This document shows, one piece after another, positions 35,376 to 47,155 of a DNA stretch of 64,000 nt. Source of the stretch: Lama guanicoe (lineage: Eukaryota). The translations under genes and the position numbers were made by a program. The stretch is from NCBI GenBank assembly GCA_013239625.1, contig MU054338.1, positions 62,001 to 126,000 of the forward strand, given 5' to 3'. The notes below the pieces were generated by a model. That model was given only the letters and a program-made list of their open reading frames with translations, was not told the DNA's origin and made no database searches. The first letter of the stretch is position 1. Every line of letters starts with the position of its first letter.

Positions 35376-36625
35376 CTGGGGGAGACAGTGAAGGAGAGGC
35401 CAGGGTCAGCAGAGACAGCATCAGAGCCCTGGGTTCAGGTGTCAGAGTCCTCAGTTACAGGGCAGCAGAGTGACCCAGCGACAAGCCTCAGACTGAGAAG
35501 GGCCAGGGCTCAAGTCCCGGCTCCTCCATGTACTTGCCATGTGACCTAGGAAGGTCCCTTAAGCTCTCTGTGCTGCTGCTGCTTCTGCAAAATGAGAAAG
35601 CTATTAACAGTACCTGTCTCAGAGCTGCGTGGGAGTCAACACGCAAGTATGTGGGGAGGAGCACAGTGCCTGGACATAGCAACTTCTGCATTAGCCGCTA
35701 TTATTACTGCCATCAGTGTTGTTTCTCGGGTCACAGACAACTTAGGGGGTAGAGGGAAAGCAGGTCATACCCTAGCTCCTGCACCCACAGCCCCGTGGCA
35801 TTGCAGATCACTTCCGGTGTTCCCTAGGACCGCCCCAACCCCTGAAGCCCTTTCCTGGACTGGGAATCCCTTCTCTGCCTGCAGCCGAGGCCTGGCTGAG
35901 GGCAGAGAGGAGGCCAGCCCAGTAGGGGAGGAGGCAGGAAGGAGGCTGTTGTCATAGGGACAGGAGAGCAGCCCAACCTGGCCCAGAAGCCTCTGGCCTT
36001 TGGGGAAATTCCACAGCCTCTTTCCCTGCCAGAGCTGGGTCCCCAGCTCCCAGCTTTCCTCCTCCCCAGAGTCGGCTCGCCCACCCCCGCACCCCCCTGC
36101 ACCCAGCTGAGCAGCAGCCTCCCTGGCCTAGAGGGCCCCCACCTCATCCCAGACCCTCCCTCTGAGCAGAGACCCTGGAATCACCTGGACCTTCCTGTCC
36201 TTCCCCCACTCAAGACTTTCAGGGGCTCCCAAAGTGGCAGGCGCAGGGTGCACCTTCTCCCCCATCCACCTCTCATCCCACACCGGCCCCCCTACCCCAG
36301 ACTCAGCCATTCTGGGCCCTCCTCCAGCGTAGCCAAACGCCGCCTCCTCCTAGAGATTTTTACCACCAGTTCAGTTCAACCCAGAGTTACCACAACAACT
36401 CAGGGAGCGACTGCTGATGGGGACGGGGTTTCCTTGTGGAGTGATGGAATTTTCTGGAATTAGATGGGGAAGGCTGCACAGCACTGTGAAGTTACTAAAA
36501 CCCTCTGCATTATGCCCTCTGAACAGATGACCTGTGTATTATGTGCATTCGTCTCAGTCTTTAAAATGAGGAAAACCTGGCACACGGGGGCATGCTGGGA
36601 GCCCACGTGGACGTGCGCACCTGGC

Positions 36626-36754
36626 TCAGGGCTCCCGCTTGACCGCGCCGCGCAGGTGCAGCTCGCTCCCCGCGGCCACAATGGGCTGCCCGTGCTGCAG
36701 GTGGTAGTCGACCAGGTGGCTGATGCTTTCAAACAGTGCGTCCTTGGTCCGCAC
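36626..36754 (-). CDS. SHC2: SHC2 exon 12 (SH2 C-terminus, stop codon)
   Basis: [45 protein letters not shown] acceptor; donor CAG|GTGCGC 5 nt after the stop. Confidence 0.95.
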   Translation of the reverse strand: MRTKDALFESISHLVDYHLQHGQPIVAAGSELHLRGAVKREP

Positions 36755-36929
36755 CTGTGGGGCCGGGGCCTCTGCGTCAGCACCACCAGGAGCTGCATTT
36801 CCCAAGCCCTCCTGGCGACTCTGACGCCTGCTCAAGTCTGAGAGCCTGGGTCAGAGACTTGCCTCAGAATCCCAGAGCTACATGTGCACCCAGGCTCCAA
36901 AACCACCAGCACTCCGGGGCCACGCTTCC

Positions 36930-37355
36930 TATAGCAGGTTGAACAGTAGCCCCGGAAAGACACGTCCACATTTAACCCCTGTGAATGGGCTCTTATCTGG
37001 AAAAAGCGTCTTTGCAGATGCGGTTAAGTGGAGGGTCTGGAGATGAGGTCATCCTGGATTACTCAGATGGCTCCAATCCAACAAATGGTGTCCTCATCAC
37101 AGAGACGCAAAGAGAAGCCACCAGAAGACGGAGGCAGTGACTGCGGTGATGTGTCAATGAGCCAGGGAACCACAAGAGTTTGTAGCAACCACAGGAAGCA
37201 GGGGGAGAGGCCTGACCTGGACCCCACCTCAGAACCTCAGAAGGAACCAGCCGGGCCAACACCTGGGTCTCAGACTTCAAAACAGGGAGCGAACACATCT
37301 CTGTGGTGCTAAGCTGCCCAGTTTGCAGTCATTTGGGAGAACAGCCCTAAGAAAT
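36930..37355 (+). mobile_element. MLT1 (MaLR) solo LTR, ancient
   Basis: aggttgaa..gt.gcccc...cctgtgaat...ttat.tggaaaaag.gtctttgcagatg...gatgaggtcatcctggatta...taagc.gcccagtttg...gcagcccta.gaaa.gaacaca. Confidence 0.75.
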
Positions 37356-38772
37356 GAACACACCCTTGGAACCTTGTAGACATACCTCCGAACACCAGAA
37401 TCACCAAATACAAAACCACCCTGCATCTCAGAATGGGAAAGTCTGAACATCCCAGGGTGCAGACCTGATGCAACACAGAGACCCTCTGGCCCCTTACTGC
37501 CCAACTTTCCTAGGTGGGGCCAGGCTCACAGGACACAGACCACCTGGGAGTGGGCTTCCAACGCACAGGCTGGGCTTACGGCAAACCACCTGTCTCCACG
37601 GTACTGGGGTCAGGGCCCTGGAACCTGCATGTTAACCAAGAATGCGACGGGGTTCTGAAGCCTCTCTCCCCCTGGAGGTCTATTTAACAGAAAGGGCATC
37701 ACGCCAGGCAGATATCAAGGCTGTGAGCAGTGCGATCAGACATGGGGGAGGAGGTGGCTCCAGGAACTGAAAGAACCGGCCAGGAACCACGGCCCCACCT
37801 GGGCCAGGCCACACCCCCTAGCAAAGTTTGCCCTCTGTGGGGACAAGGAGCACAGGTAGCCACCAGGGCGATGCCCAGGATTCAGGTGGACATAGTTGAA
37901 GCACATGGTAAACCCTGAGAAGCCCCTGAGCACCCTAAGCACCTGTCACCTGGGAAACAACCTCTAAAGCCCGAGGCGCTCGGATACTGGCAAACGCATC
38001 AAAACCCTAGAACTCCTTGTAAATTATAAAGTGCTTTGTGGACCCGAAAATGCTTCAGGAGCTGTTGAGTGCCAAACTGCATGGACTCACAGCCACTATA
38101 AGATGCACCCCTATTTTATCTACCACAGGAGAGGATAAAACTTCCACGTAAAACAATGGTAAAAGGTCAAAGATGCAATTTATGGTTAAAAAAAAAATCC
38201 AGACTTGAGATGTCAAAATGAGAGAAAGAGAAGTGTATTAGAGGACTGAAGCAATTTGGTAACTTGCACACCCTAAAACTCCTTTGAAAATGAAATGTGC
38301 TTTGTGAACCCTAAAATACATTATAAACTGAAACTACCATATTTATCATTCAAAGACATCGCATTTGTAAGACGCACTGGTGATGACAGAACGTGGGGGG
38401 GGGAGCATCTTACAATGGGTGAAATTTGTAAGCCCTGAAAGGCCTTGAAATTGGAAAAGATTTTATAACCCCCCAAATGCTTTATAGACTGGGAAACCCT
38501 TTGTAAACCTAAAAGTCTTCTTAAACTGGAAAATACTTTGTAATTCTAAAGTACCTGGTAATGGGGAATAGAATCTGTAAACAAAAAGCGTTCTGTAATG
38601 CGGACAGTACTGTATCAAACCTATAGGGAGCTTAGAAGGCGGCATCCTGGGCCCCCTGCAGAGAGGAGGAGGGGGGCTCTCCCCCAGCACCACCCTCCCC
38701 ACACCGGCTCTGGGCCCTCCTGACCCCTCAAACCCCTTCCCCCACCCTCAACCCCCTTCCCGCCCCTCCCCC

Positions 38773-38785
38773 NNNNNNNNNNNNN
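38773..38785. other. Assembly gap (13 N) in a C-rich tract of SHC2 intron 11
   Basis: Run of N. Confidence 1.
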
Positions 38786-38853
38786 CGCCCCGCCCCCGCG
38801 CCCTGGGCCTCCTGCGGAGAGGAGGAGGGGCTCCTCCCCCGCGCCCACCTTAC

Positions 38854-39167
38854 CACGCCCTCAGGGTCCACCAGCAGCAGGTGCTTGGGCTGCCCCGCGT
38901 GCATGCCAGTGAGGACGTACTGTCCGGGGTTGGTGACACTGTCGCGCACGAGGAAGTCCCCGTCGGCTCGAAGCAGTTTCTCGGCCGCCCGACGGCTCAT
39001 CTGGCCGTGGTACCAGGGCTCCTGCCGCAGCTGCTCCTCGGTGGGGGCGATGGGGGCTCGGCGGGTCGGGGGGCTGGGCCACTGGTCCTCCACCGGGAGG
39101 GGGGCTGCCGCAGTGCCCGCCGCAACAACGGAGCACTCATGCAGCCTCAGGGCATCCTCAAAGGGTC
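38854..39167 (-). CDS. SHC2: SHC2 exon 11 (end of CH1 plus SH2)
   Basis: [11 protein letters not shown]...[28 protein letters not shown]...[15 protein letters not shown] boundaries with consistent phase. Confidence 0.97.
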
Positions 39168-39550
39168 CTGCGGGCGAGGAACGTGCGGGAAGCCAGGCGG
39201 GCAGCTGCCTCCTCGGGGAAAGAGGGGCCTGGGCTGGGGGCTCTGCTCCAGGGGTTTGCCCAGGACTCACCCTCTGAACTGGGCAGCACTGACCGGGCAC
39301 CTAAGGGGCATCAGACCTTGTCATGTCACTACTGCAGTACCAAGAAATCGAGCTGTCAGATGGCGGGGAAGGGGCTTTGCACTCTTGCTGAAGGAAGGTT
39401 TCCAGCTGGCTTGGGAGCTCCTCGGGGACCTCCACCTAGGGAGGTGCCCTGGGGGAGGGAGATGGCCCTGCCTGGGCCAGCACAGAGCCAACACACCCAC
39501 GGTGCTTGTGGAAGGGGACGGAATTGGTGTTGTGGGAAAGAAGGGACGAA

Positions 39551-39648
39551 TTTTGTTGTTGTTTTTTCTTGAATGGAGGTACCAGGGATCGAACCCAGGA
39601 CCTCATGCATACTAAGCACGCACTCTACCACTGAGCTATACCCGCCCC
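39551..39648 (-). mobile_element. tRNA-Ala-derived SINE (Vic-1-like)
   Basis: Reverse complement reads GGGTATAGCTCAGTGGTAGAGTGCGTGCTTAGTATGCATGAGGTCCTGGGTTCGATCCC...CTCCA plus an A-rich tail. Confidence 0.88.
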
Positions 39649-40244
39649 TCAGGAAGAGCGCATTTTGGACACAAGCCTCCTCGGCTCGACCTCTGGCTGG
39701 GGCATCCCAGAGGGAAGGAGGAGGGGGCTCCACCCTCAGCTGGTCGCGCTTTCAAGTGTGTGTCAAGCCTCCCTCCTCAGGCTGGGGGACCCCAGAGAGC
39801 AAATGGTCCCTCCCCCACGAGACTGCGCTTCATCGGAAGGGGCTGGGGCCTCCTCCCCAGACCATGGAGTCACATGAGCAGGGAGTTTACATTCCCTCAT
39901 CAGACTGGGGAGACCTAGAGATGGGGGGGTGGGCGACCCCCACCCCTAAGACTGAGGCGTCCCACAGAGAACAGAGCCTGAATCGCCCCCGCTACACAGC
40001 CGCTCTTTCAAGGTATGAACTGGGCCCCTCCAGTCACACTGGGGACGCCCACAGAGAGGAAGCTGGGTTACCCCCGACCCCCGCCCCCGACTAGAGTCCC
40101 CCGGAGGAGGAGCCGCCAAGACTTCCCTATCCTACCACCGGAAACAGGCTCCCCCCCCACCCCACTCCCCCGCGACCCCATAACTTCTCCCAGGGGAGAG
40201 GGCTGGGTGGGCACCGCCCCTCAGGCTGGCTGGCCCCCACGTAC

Positions 40245-40394
40245 GCATGTCGAACAGGTCCCTCTGGGGGCTGTCCTCGGGCTGCAGCGGCTCGGGGCCG
40301 TCCAGACCCTGCGTGTTGACGTACAGGTGGTCCTCGTAGTCTCGGGGGCCCCGGGCGTCCGCCTGCACGTAGCCGTCCCCTGGCGGGGCTGGCG
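40245..40394 (-). CDS. SHC2: SHC2 exon 10 (CH1, YVNT Grb2 site)
   Basis: PAPPGDGYVQADARG...HLYVNTQGLD...DLFDMR; CAG and GTACGT boundaries. Confidence 0.93.
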
Positions 40395-41056
40395 CTGAGG
40401 AGCGGGAGGCGCTGGGGGTCAGCCGGGGAGCCCAGGGGAGGGGCCCTGGAGGGGAGCCCCGCCCACGCCCGGCTCCCCGCCCACCTCCCCGACCGAAGGA
40501 AGCCACGCCCTTTCCGCGCGGCGCCCTCAGGGGTGTAAAACCCCATAAAGGCCCAGCCGGCGGCCGTTGGGGCGCGGAGGTCCACAGCGAGGGAAGGGGC
40601 AGCTGCCCCCCAGCCCTCCACCGTCCCTCTGCCAGGCAGGAAAGTGGCCCTGGGACCAGAGCTCCCAGTTTGAAGAGAAGCCAGAAACCCGATGTTTACG
40701 TTAAATCTCCGCATTTAAAAAATAGTAACAATAGAACTCTGTCCTCCCTGCAGTTATGTTATCAACATGACACATAGGTCATTGGTTTGCTTGTGCTCTG
40801 TTTTAGCGTTTGCGCACTCTTCTTTCTTTCTTTTAACTTTGTTTTTGAACGGGTAAAGCATTTACATGGTTCAAAGGCCAGAACTCCACTACCAGGTGCC
40901 CGTGGAGGGTCCCATTCGGCTTTTGCTGGGTCAAGACCCCTGTCCAGCCCTGTTCCCAAGGCCTCACCCACGCTGTATTATCCTACTGTTGGACTTCCGC
41001 TCACCTGGTGGGTGAGAAATGGCACCCTGGGGAACTAAATTTCCATTTCTCTTATT

Positions 41057-41180
41057 TGGGGGAGGGAGGGTTATTAGGTTTATTCATTTATTTATTTGTA
41101 ATGGAGGTACTAGGGATTGAACTCAGGGCCTCATGCATGCTAGGCATGCACTTTACCACTGAGATACACCCTCCCCCAAC
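41057..41180 (-). mobile_element. tRNA-Ala-derived SINE (Vic-1-like) with TSD
   Basis: tRNA head plus tail aaataaa...aacctaata.cc.tcccc. 15-bp TSD TCCATTTCTCTTATT at 41042-41056 and 41181-41195. Confidence 0.88.
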
Positions 41181-41724
41181 TCCATTTCTCTTATTCTGAG
41201 CAAGGTTGAGCATCTTATCCTATTTTTTCCTTAGAACTGTCCATCCACTTCTAAAGGCCTCCATTTTTACTCTCTGCAAGGGAAATAATGATTTTTTAAT
41301 ATACTGCATGGCCAAATCCAGCACAAGGCCCTGAAGCTGTAATGTCTCTTCATACCAATTGTATCATTAACCTTCACAGGCATCTGGGCTCACATGCCAA
41401 CTCCACTCTCTGTGCCCGTCTCCTCCTCTACAAAATAGGGGTAGCATCTTTATAAGTAGAGTAGGGGTGAAGATTAAAACCTCAAGCAACAGTTATGGTT
41501 CAATATGAATGCCAATGCTGTTCAGGCCCTGGGTGGTCAGTGGGGACAGACGGACCTCAGCCGAGGCTGACCAGTCTGCACAGAGGAAGCACAAATCCAC
41601 CCCCTCACCCCACCCCACCCCACCCCCACCTCTTAAAGTCAAGGTAGGGTGAGAGGGAGGAAACCCACCCCACCCCACCCTCCCCTCTTAAAGTCAAGGT
41701 AGGGTGAGAGGGAGGAAACAGGGT

Positions 41725-42150
41725 TGCATGGAGGAAACTGGAGATCGTCATTCTAAGTGAAGCCAGAAAGAGAAAGAAAAATACTGTATGATAGCACTTA
41801 TATGTGGAATGTAAAAGAAAAAGAATGAACTTACTCACAAAACAGAAACAGACTCACAGACCTAGAAAACAGACTTATGGTCACCAGAGGGGAAAGGAGG
41901 TGGGAACAATAAACTGGGAGTTCAAGATTTGTAGATACTAACTACTATATAAAAAAATAGATAAACAACAAGTTTCTACTGTATAGCACAGAGAACTATA
42001 TTCAATATTTTGTAGTAATCTATAATAAAAAAGAATATGAAAGGGAATATTCATATGTATATGTATGAAACATTACACTATAAACCAGAAATTGACACAA
42101 CATTGTAAACTGACTATACTTCAGTTTTTAAAAATGGAAAAAAAGCAATC
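41725..42150 (+). mobile_element. LINE-1 3' end (ORF2 end plus 3' UTR)
   Basis: ctggagatcgtcattctaagtgaag..agaaagagaaag...aaacagactcacagac..agaaaac..acttatgg...ctactgtatagcacag.gaactatattcaat, followed by an A-tail. Confidence 0.88.
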
Positions 42151-43349
42151 AAGCAAGAAAGAAACCTGGGTTGCAGGAGTCCAGAGAGAGAAAATTCCTG
42201 GGCATTGGAGCTGGGGCATTGATGTATCAGTAGGAGTTCTTGGTCAGAGAATTGGGAAAGGCATGACAAGAACTGATGACATCATGTGCTAAGCCTCAGG
42301 GGTAGAAAATTATAGTGAGCCCTGGGAGTCAGGGGTGAGCAGCCAGTGTCCCAGAGAAACAGTAGACTAGGGCCACATTAGAGCTGGGCACCTACTGGGT
42401 GCCCAATGCCATGAGCGTTCTTTAACTGCAGGCACTGAGAGCCAGTGAGAGTTCTGATGCTCGGCAGTGAAACGCCCAGATTATTTGGGAAGACCTAAAA
42501 AAAGCTTAACACAGATGTTTGCAAGGCTGAGAGGAAACAGGCAGCCACAGCAGGGCTGGCAACCAAACAAACCACCCAGCCACATTGGGGAGCAGTTTGG
42601 CTGCTTCCCCTACTGTGATTAAGGTGCACACTCTGCTCCACAGCTCAGTGTCCACAGGAGGGACACACAGGGGGCATCAGAGGGTATCTGCCGCCGTGTA
42701 CATGAGTGGAAGCCATAAAAAGGGGGCCACATAGGAAGCAAACTCCAGGGACCGGGGAGCAGCACACAGCTGTGCAGAGGATGCGCTGATGGAGCCAGAG
42801 CCCCAGAGGGGACCGACGGTGCCTGCAGCCTGCCTCCAGGGGCCTCACTTCTTTGCGTGCCTGTTCCTGCAAAGTCTGAAAGGAGACACAAAAGTGCCTG
42901 GAGCGGGTGGTGAATTTGGAGCTGGGGCAAAGGAGAATTTAGCCATCTCTGTCATTTTAAATATTGTAATAGAATAGGCCGAAAACCCAATCATTTTGTT
43001 AAAAGCTCAAATTAGCTGGTGGGATGTAAATTGAGAGGGTAGCTGTGTGATTTCTATGAAATGGGGCACCAGCTGCTCTCCTGGGGATGGACTCTATTAA
43101 GACTCGTGAACACGGCTGAAGGGTGGACACCCACGGCCATTCCTCGCACCACTGCCATCACCGCAAACCCATGGAAAATACCCAGATGCCTGTGAGTAAG
43201 GGGCAGGCAAAATCAACAACATCCTTCACATGGTGGAGTACTACACTGTGGTGAAGAAGAATGGTGGTGGCTGCTGTGCAGGGGTGTGGGGATAATTCCA
43301 AGATGGATTGTTACCAGGGGAAAAGCAAGGTGGAAGCATGGATACACCA

Positions 43350-44015
43350 CCATCTAAAAAACAGAGAAAGCAGACACTACCAAAAAATAAAATTACAGGC
43401 TAACATCTTTGATGACTATAGATGCAAAAATTCTCAACAAAATATTAGCAAACCGAATCCAATAACACCTCAAAAAGATTGTACACTACAATCAAGCTGG
43501 ATTCATCCCAGGGTCACAAGGATGGTTCAACATATGCAAATCAATCAATGTAATACACCACATCCATGAAAGAAAGGACAAAAATCACATGATCATCTCC
43601 ATAGATGCAAAAAAGCATTTGATAAAATTCAACACCCATTTATGATAAAAACTCTTACCAAAGTGGGTATAGAAGGGACATATCTTAACATACTAAAACC
43701 TGTTTATGACAGACCTACAGCCAACATAATACTCAACGGTGAAAAGTTGAAAGCCTTCCCCCTAACATCTGGAACAAGACAAGGACGCCCACTCTCACCA
43801 CTTCTAGTCAACACAGTATTGGAAGTCCTGGCCACAGCAACCCGACAAGAGGAAGAAAGAGAAGGGGTCCAAACTGGAAGGGAAGAGGTAAAACTGTCCC
43901 TATATGCAGATGACATGATACTATAAACAGAAAGCCCTGAAGGTGCCACGCAAAAATGACTAGAGCTAATAGAAGAATTCAGCAAGGCAGCAGGACACAA
44001 GATTAACATAAAAAA
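43350..44015 (+). mobile_element. LINE-1 ORF2 reverse-transcriptase fragment
   Basis: [45 protein letters not shown]...[11 protein letters not shown]. Confidence 0.93.
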
Positions 44016-44402
44016 CAGGGAAAGCAGTATCTGCTTGAGTTGACTTGAATATACATGCAAAATTCTGGAAAAGTAATGGGAACCTCAACAGTGGTCACCT
44101 GATTAGGGAGGTGGATAAAGCTAATAGGGGCAGGGTGACTGCTTGTCACTGAGTAGCTTTTCATACGCTGGCGTTCTGAACCATGTGATGCAGTATCAAT
44201 GCCCAAAATGCAAGGTAACCAGTGTGCACAGAGGAAACAAAAAGCAGATGCTGTCAAATCTCACAAGAGCTCGGGGAGTAAGCACAACTCGTCAGTGAAA
44301 GCACAGTGACACGGTGACACGAAGGGGAGAAGCATATGAAGGGTGGTGGGGACTGGGGTGGGGGCTGGGCACCCGGCAGTCCAGAGAGTGGCCCACAGGT
44401 AC

Positions 44403-44460
44403 CTGAGGGGCCCATGTCCCACTGCAGGCCGCGGGTGTCTCTTCGAGCAGGAGATGCTGC
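44403..44460 (-). CDS. SHC2: SHC2 exon 9 (CH1)
   Basis: AASPARRDTRGLQWDMGPS; TTTTTCAG acceptor and G|GTACCT donor; phases 0 and 1 fit exons 8 and 10. Confidence 0.75.
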
Positions 44461-44907
44461 CTGAAAAAAAGAGCAAGGGGTCCTCCTGCTGTGATTTTCA
44501 AGCACAGCCCCCCAATCTCCCACCCAACCCTCCCCAGTGGCCCTCAGCACCCCTCTTCCCAGCACAGCCCCCAGTCTCCCACCCAATCCTCTTGTAAGTC
44601 AGATGTGAAGCCCAGCTCTGAACCCGTCCCCCACACCCGGGTCTCAAACTGTCCGCACGGCCACCGCACAGCTCTGCTGCAGCCTCACTGGCCTTCTCCA
44701 CTCAGAAGGCCTGCCCCTTGGCACAGGCTGCTCCCTGCTCCTGGGTGTCTTTCTCTGCACTGCTCTCCTGGGCAACTCCTATTCACCCAGCAGAGCCCAG
44801 CCCAAAGTGTGCCCTCAGGAGGGTCCTCCTGACCATGGCCAAAGTCGGCCTCCTGTCGTACATTCTCCACTTTACTCGTCCATCCCCTGAGGCCCACAGA
44901 GGCTGAC

Positions 44908-45070
44908 CTGGCCGAGGGCTCCAGGGGTCCCGAGCGGGCAGGGCTGTGTGAGGGCGAGCCTGGAGTCCACCAGACCGCCCAGGGGCGGCTCCTTCCCCGG
45001 GATGCTGTTGTAGTAGTTGTGTTCCAGCTCCTCCTCATCCCCCCAGGCCGAATCCTCCAGCCCGGTCAGC
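44908..45070 (-). CDS. SHC2: SHC2 exon 8 (CH1, YYNS Grb2 site)
   Basis: LTGLEDSAWGDEEELEHNYYNSIPGKEPPLGGLVDSRL...LGQ; AG and GTCAG boundaries. Confidence 0.93.
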
Positions 45071-45895
45071 CTGCAGACAGGCAGGGGCCCCAACATGCGA
45101 TGGGAGTGGGAGAAAGAGGGGGGCTCCCAAGAGGGCACCAAGGCTCCAGGCTGAACTCTGCATGGTGGAGGAGGGGGGCACAAGCCAGGTCCAGGGACCC
45201 TGAACCCGCTCCTGCCATCTGAGCCTTGGACCTGGACCTGGGTGACCTTTTCTGTCTGTCACAGGGGGTACTGCACACGTCTGGGCTAAACTGCCACAGG
45301 TTCTCAGAGGACAGGTCCTCAGCAGGGCGAGTCCTCGCACTGTCTGCCTGTGCGGCGCTGCTCAAGTGCACAGTGGGCTTCTGACCAATCCAGTTCTTCA
45401 CCACTTACGCTAACACGCTCCTGTCTGCTCAGATACTCAAATAGCCAACCACAGGCCACCGCCCGGGTCTGCCCCCTCCGGAGCTGAGCAGGGCCTCCAC
45501 ACTTCTAAGCCTCAGAATAGTAAATGCTTAAGAAAGCACTCAGAGAACAGTTGATGACATGTCAGAGATGAAATTCAAATTCTGGTGTCTGTAAACAGCA
45601 GGCTGTTGGCACACAGCCCTCAGACATGATCGCACACCCAGGTGGGCTGCTTGTGGCTGCAGCCAAGTGCCCTCTGCAGAAGTGCTGGCCGCCAAGGAGA
45701 CTCGTGAGGACCCCAGGACTGCGGCCCACTGGCTCCCGAGACCTCACCTGGCCAGGAGCGGGATGTTTTCATCCCGATTTCACAGAGGAAGAAATGGGTC
45801 CAGGGGCTGAGCCGCGAGCCACGATGGGACTCAGAGCGAGGAAGGCACAAGGACCAAGCCCAGGGGGAGGGGAGGATAGGGCAGGGGAGCCATAC

Positions 45896-46022
45896 CTTTC
45901 CGGGGGTAAGACCACCTTGGGGGGGCTATGCAGGTACTGTTTGAAGCGTAGCTCGAAGGCTTGCCCCACGGTGCTGATGACGCTCTGGGCCAGGCCCTCG
46001 CAGCACTCCAGGATGTGGCAGG
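45896..46022 (-). CDS. SHC2: SHC2 exon 7 (PTB C-terminus)
   Basis: [42 protein letters not shown]; donor AG|GTATGG. Confidence 0.96.
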
Positions 46023-46089
46023 CTGGGGGTCGTGATCCGGCATCAGCGGGCCTCCCCAGCCCCTGGGCCCCGACCCTGGCCCCCCCAAC

Positions 46090-46142
46090 CATCTCTGGTT
46101 GATGGGGTCCTTGGCCACATAGGCCACGTAATCCGCCATGTC
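46090..46142 (-). CDS. SHC2: SHC2 exon 6 (PTB); 53 nt to the first GT, apparently 1 nt too long
   Basis: [17 protein letters not shown], then TG|GTTGGG. Exon 7 requires phase 1 (see findings). Confidence 0.9.
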
Positions 46143-46262
46143 CTGGGGAGACAGGGCAGCAGGGGAGGGTTCCCAGCACCCTCCTCCAGCACCGCAGGGC
46201 AGGGGTCTCAGGGCTGCAGGGACCAGAGGGGCCAGAGGCCCACCCCTAGTCCCTGGCCTTAC

Positions 46263-46316
46263 CGTGTCGCCACCCGATGCGAAGGAGATGGACTGCATGT
46301 GGTGGTTGGCGATGAT
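46263..46316 (-). CDS. SHC2: SHC2 exon 5 (PTB)
   Basis: IIANHHMQSISFASGGDT; CAG and GTAAGG boundaries. Confidence 0.96.
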
Positions 46317-46946
46317 CTGTCCGGAGAGAGACCACCCGTCACAGGGCTGCCGTTTCAAGGTCGTGGTGGGTGGGGAGCGGGGGGTCCCAGCTAGCATGAG
46401 ACCAAGTCCACAGGGAGGGACCAGAAGGACAGGGTTGTGGGGATGGACACGTCCCCTCGACTGGACTCCAGGATGACCAGGAGTCCAGCTGGACATGGAG
46501 CCCTGCAGCCAGGACAGGACGCAGAGACCACGTGTGTGGGAGGACAAGCCCGCCCCTCCCTGGCAGACACCCTCACATGTGAACACATGTGACGCAGAAA
46601 GAAACGCACTCGTGCCAAGATCCTCACACAAACCACACTCCGGCACACGTGCACAGACGCACCTGGATTTGCAGACACGCAGCGTCCCACACACAGATTC
46701 CACACACCAGCGCCAGAGACACAATCACTCACACATACCCAGGCACTCTCAAGCCCTTCACCCCCGACACGTCAGCACTGGCCCTCACACCCTCCCACAC
46801 AGACACCCAGGCGTAGCACTGCCAGACACAGTCACACACTCGCACTCAGACCCACGCCCCACGCAGCCATGCAGGCATCGAGGAAGCTCGAGCAAGATGC
46901 AGCAGAGGCCCCTGACTGCACTATCAACCCTGGCAGCGCCACCTGT

Positions 46947-47155
46947 ATGCTCATTTGCACGCTTATTTTCATGCTCACTTACATCCGTTCACTCATTTGC
47001 GTGCTCATTTGCATGGTCATTTGCATTCACTTGCTCATTTTGCATGCTTGTTTGCATCCATTTGCCCACTCACATGCTCATTAGCATTTATTGGCTCGTT
47101 TGCATGCTCATTTACATTCATTTGCTCATTTGCATGCTCATTAGCATCCATTTGC
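46947..47155. repeat. Degenerate tandem array of ~12-bp GCTCATTTGCAT units (octamer-like) in SHC2 intron 4
   Basis: ATTTGCAT at 47007, 47019 and 47128; ATTAGCAT at 47080 and 47140; many single-mismatch variants. Confidence 0.85.

Noticed and set aside
37900..38635. CRISPR-like or telomeric (CCCTAA) array
   Set aside because: Eukaryotic context, no constant repeat with unique spacers, and CCCTAA words are isolated within a ~20-bp unit.
46023..46092. U12 (AT-AC) intron explanation for the exon 6 anomaly
   Set aside because: No ATATCC/GTATCC 5' consensus, and the intron ends in CAG.
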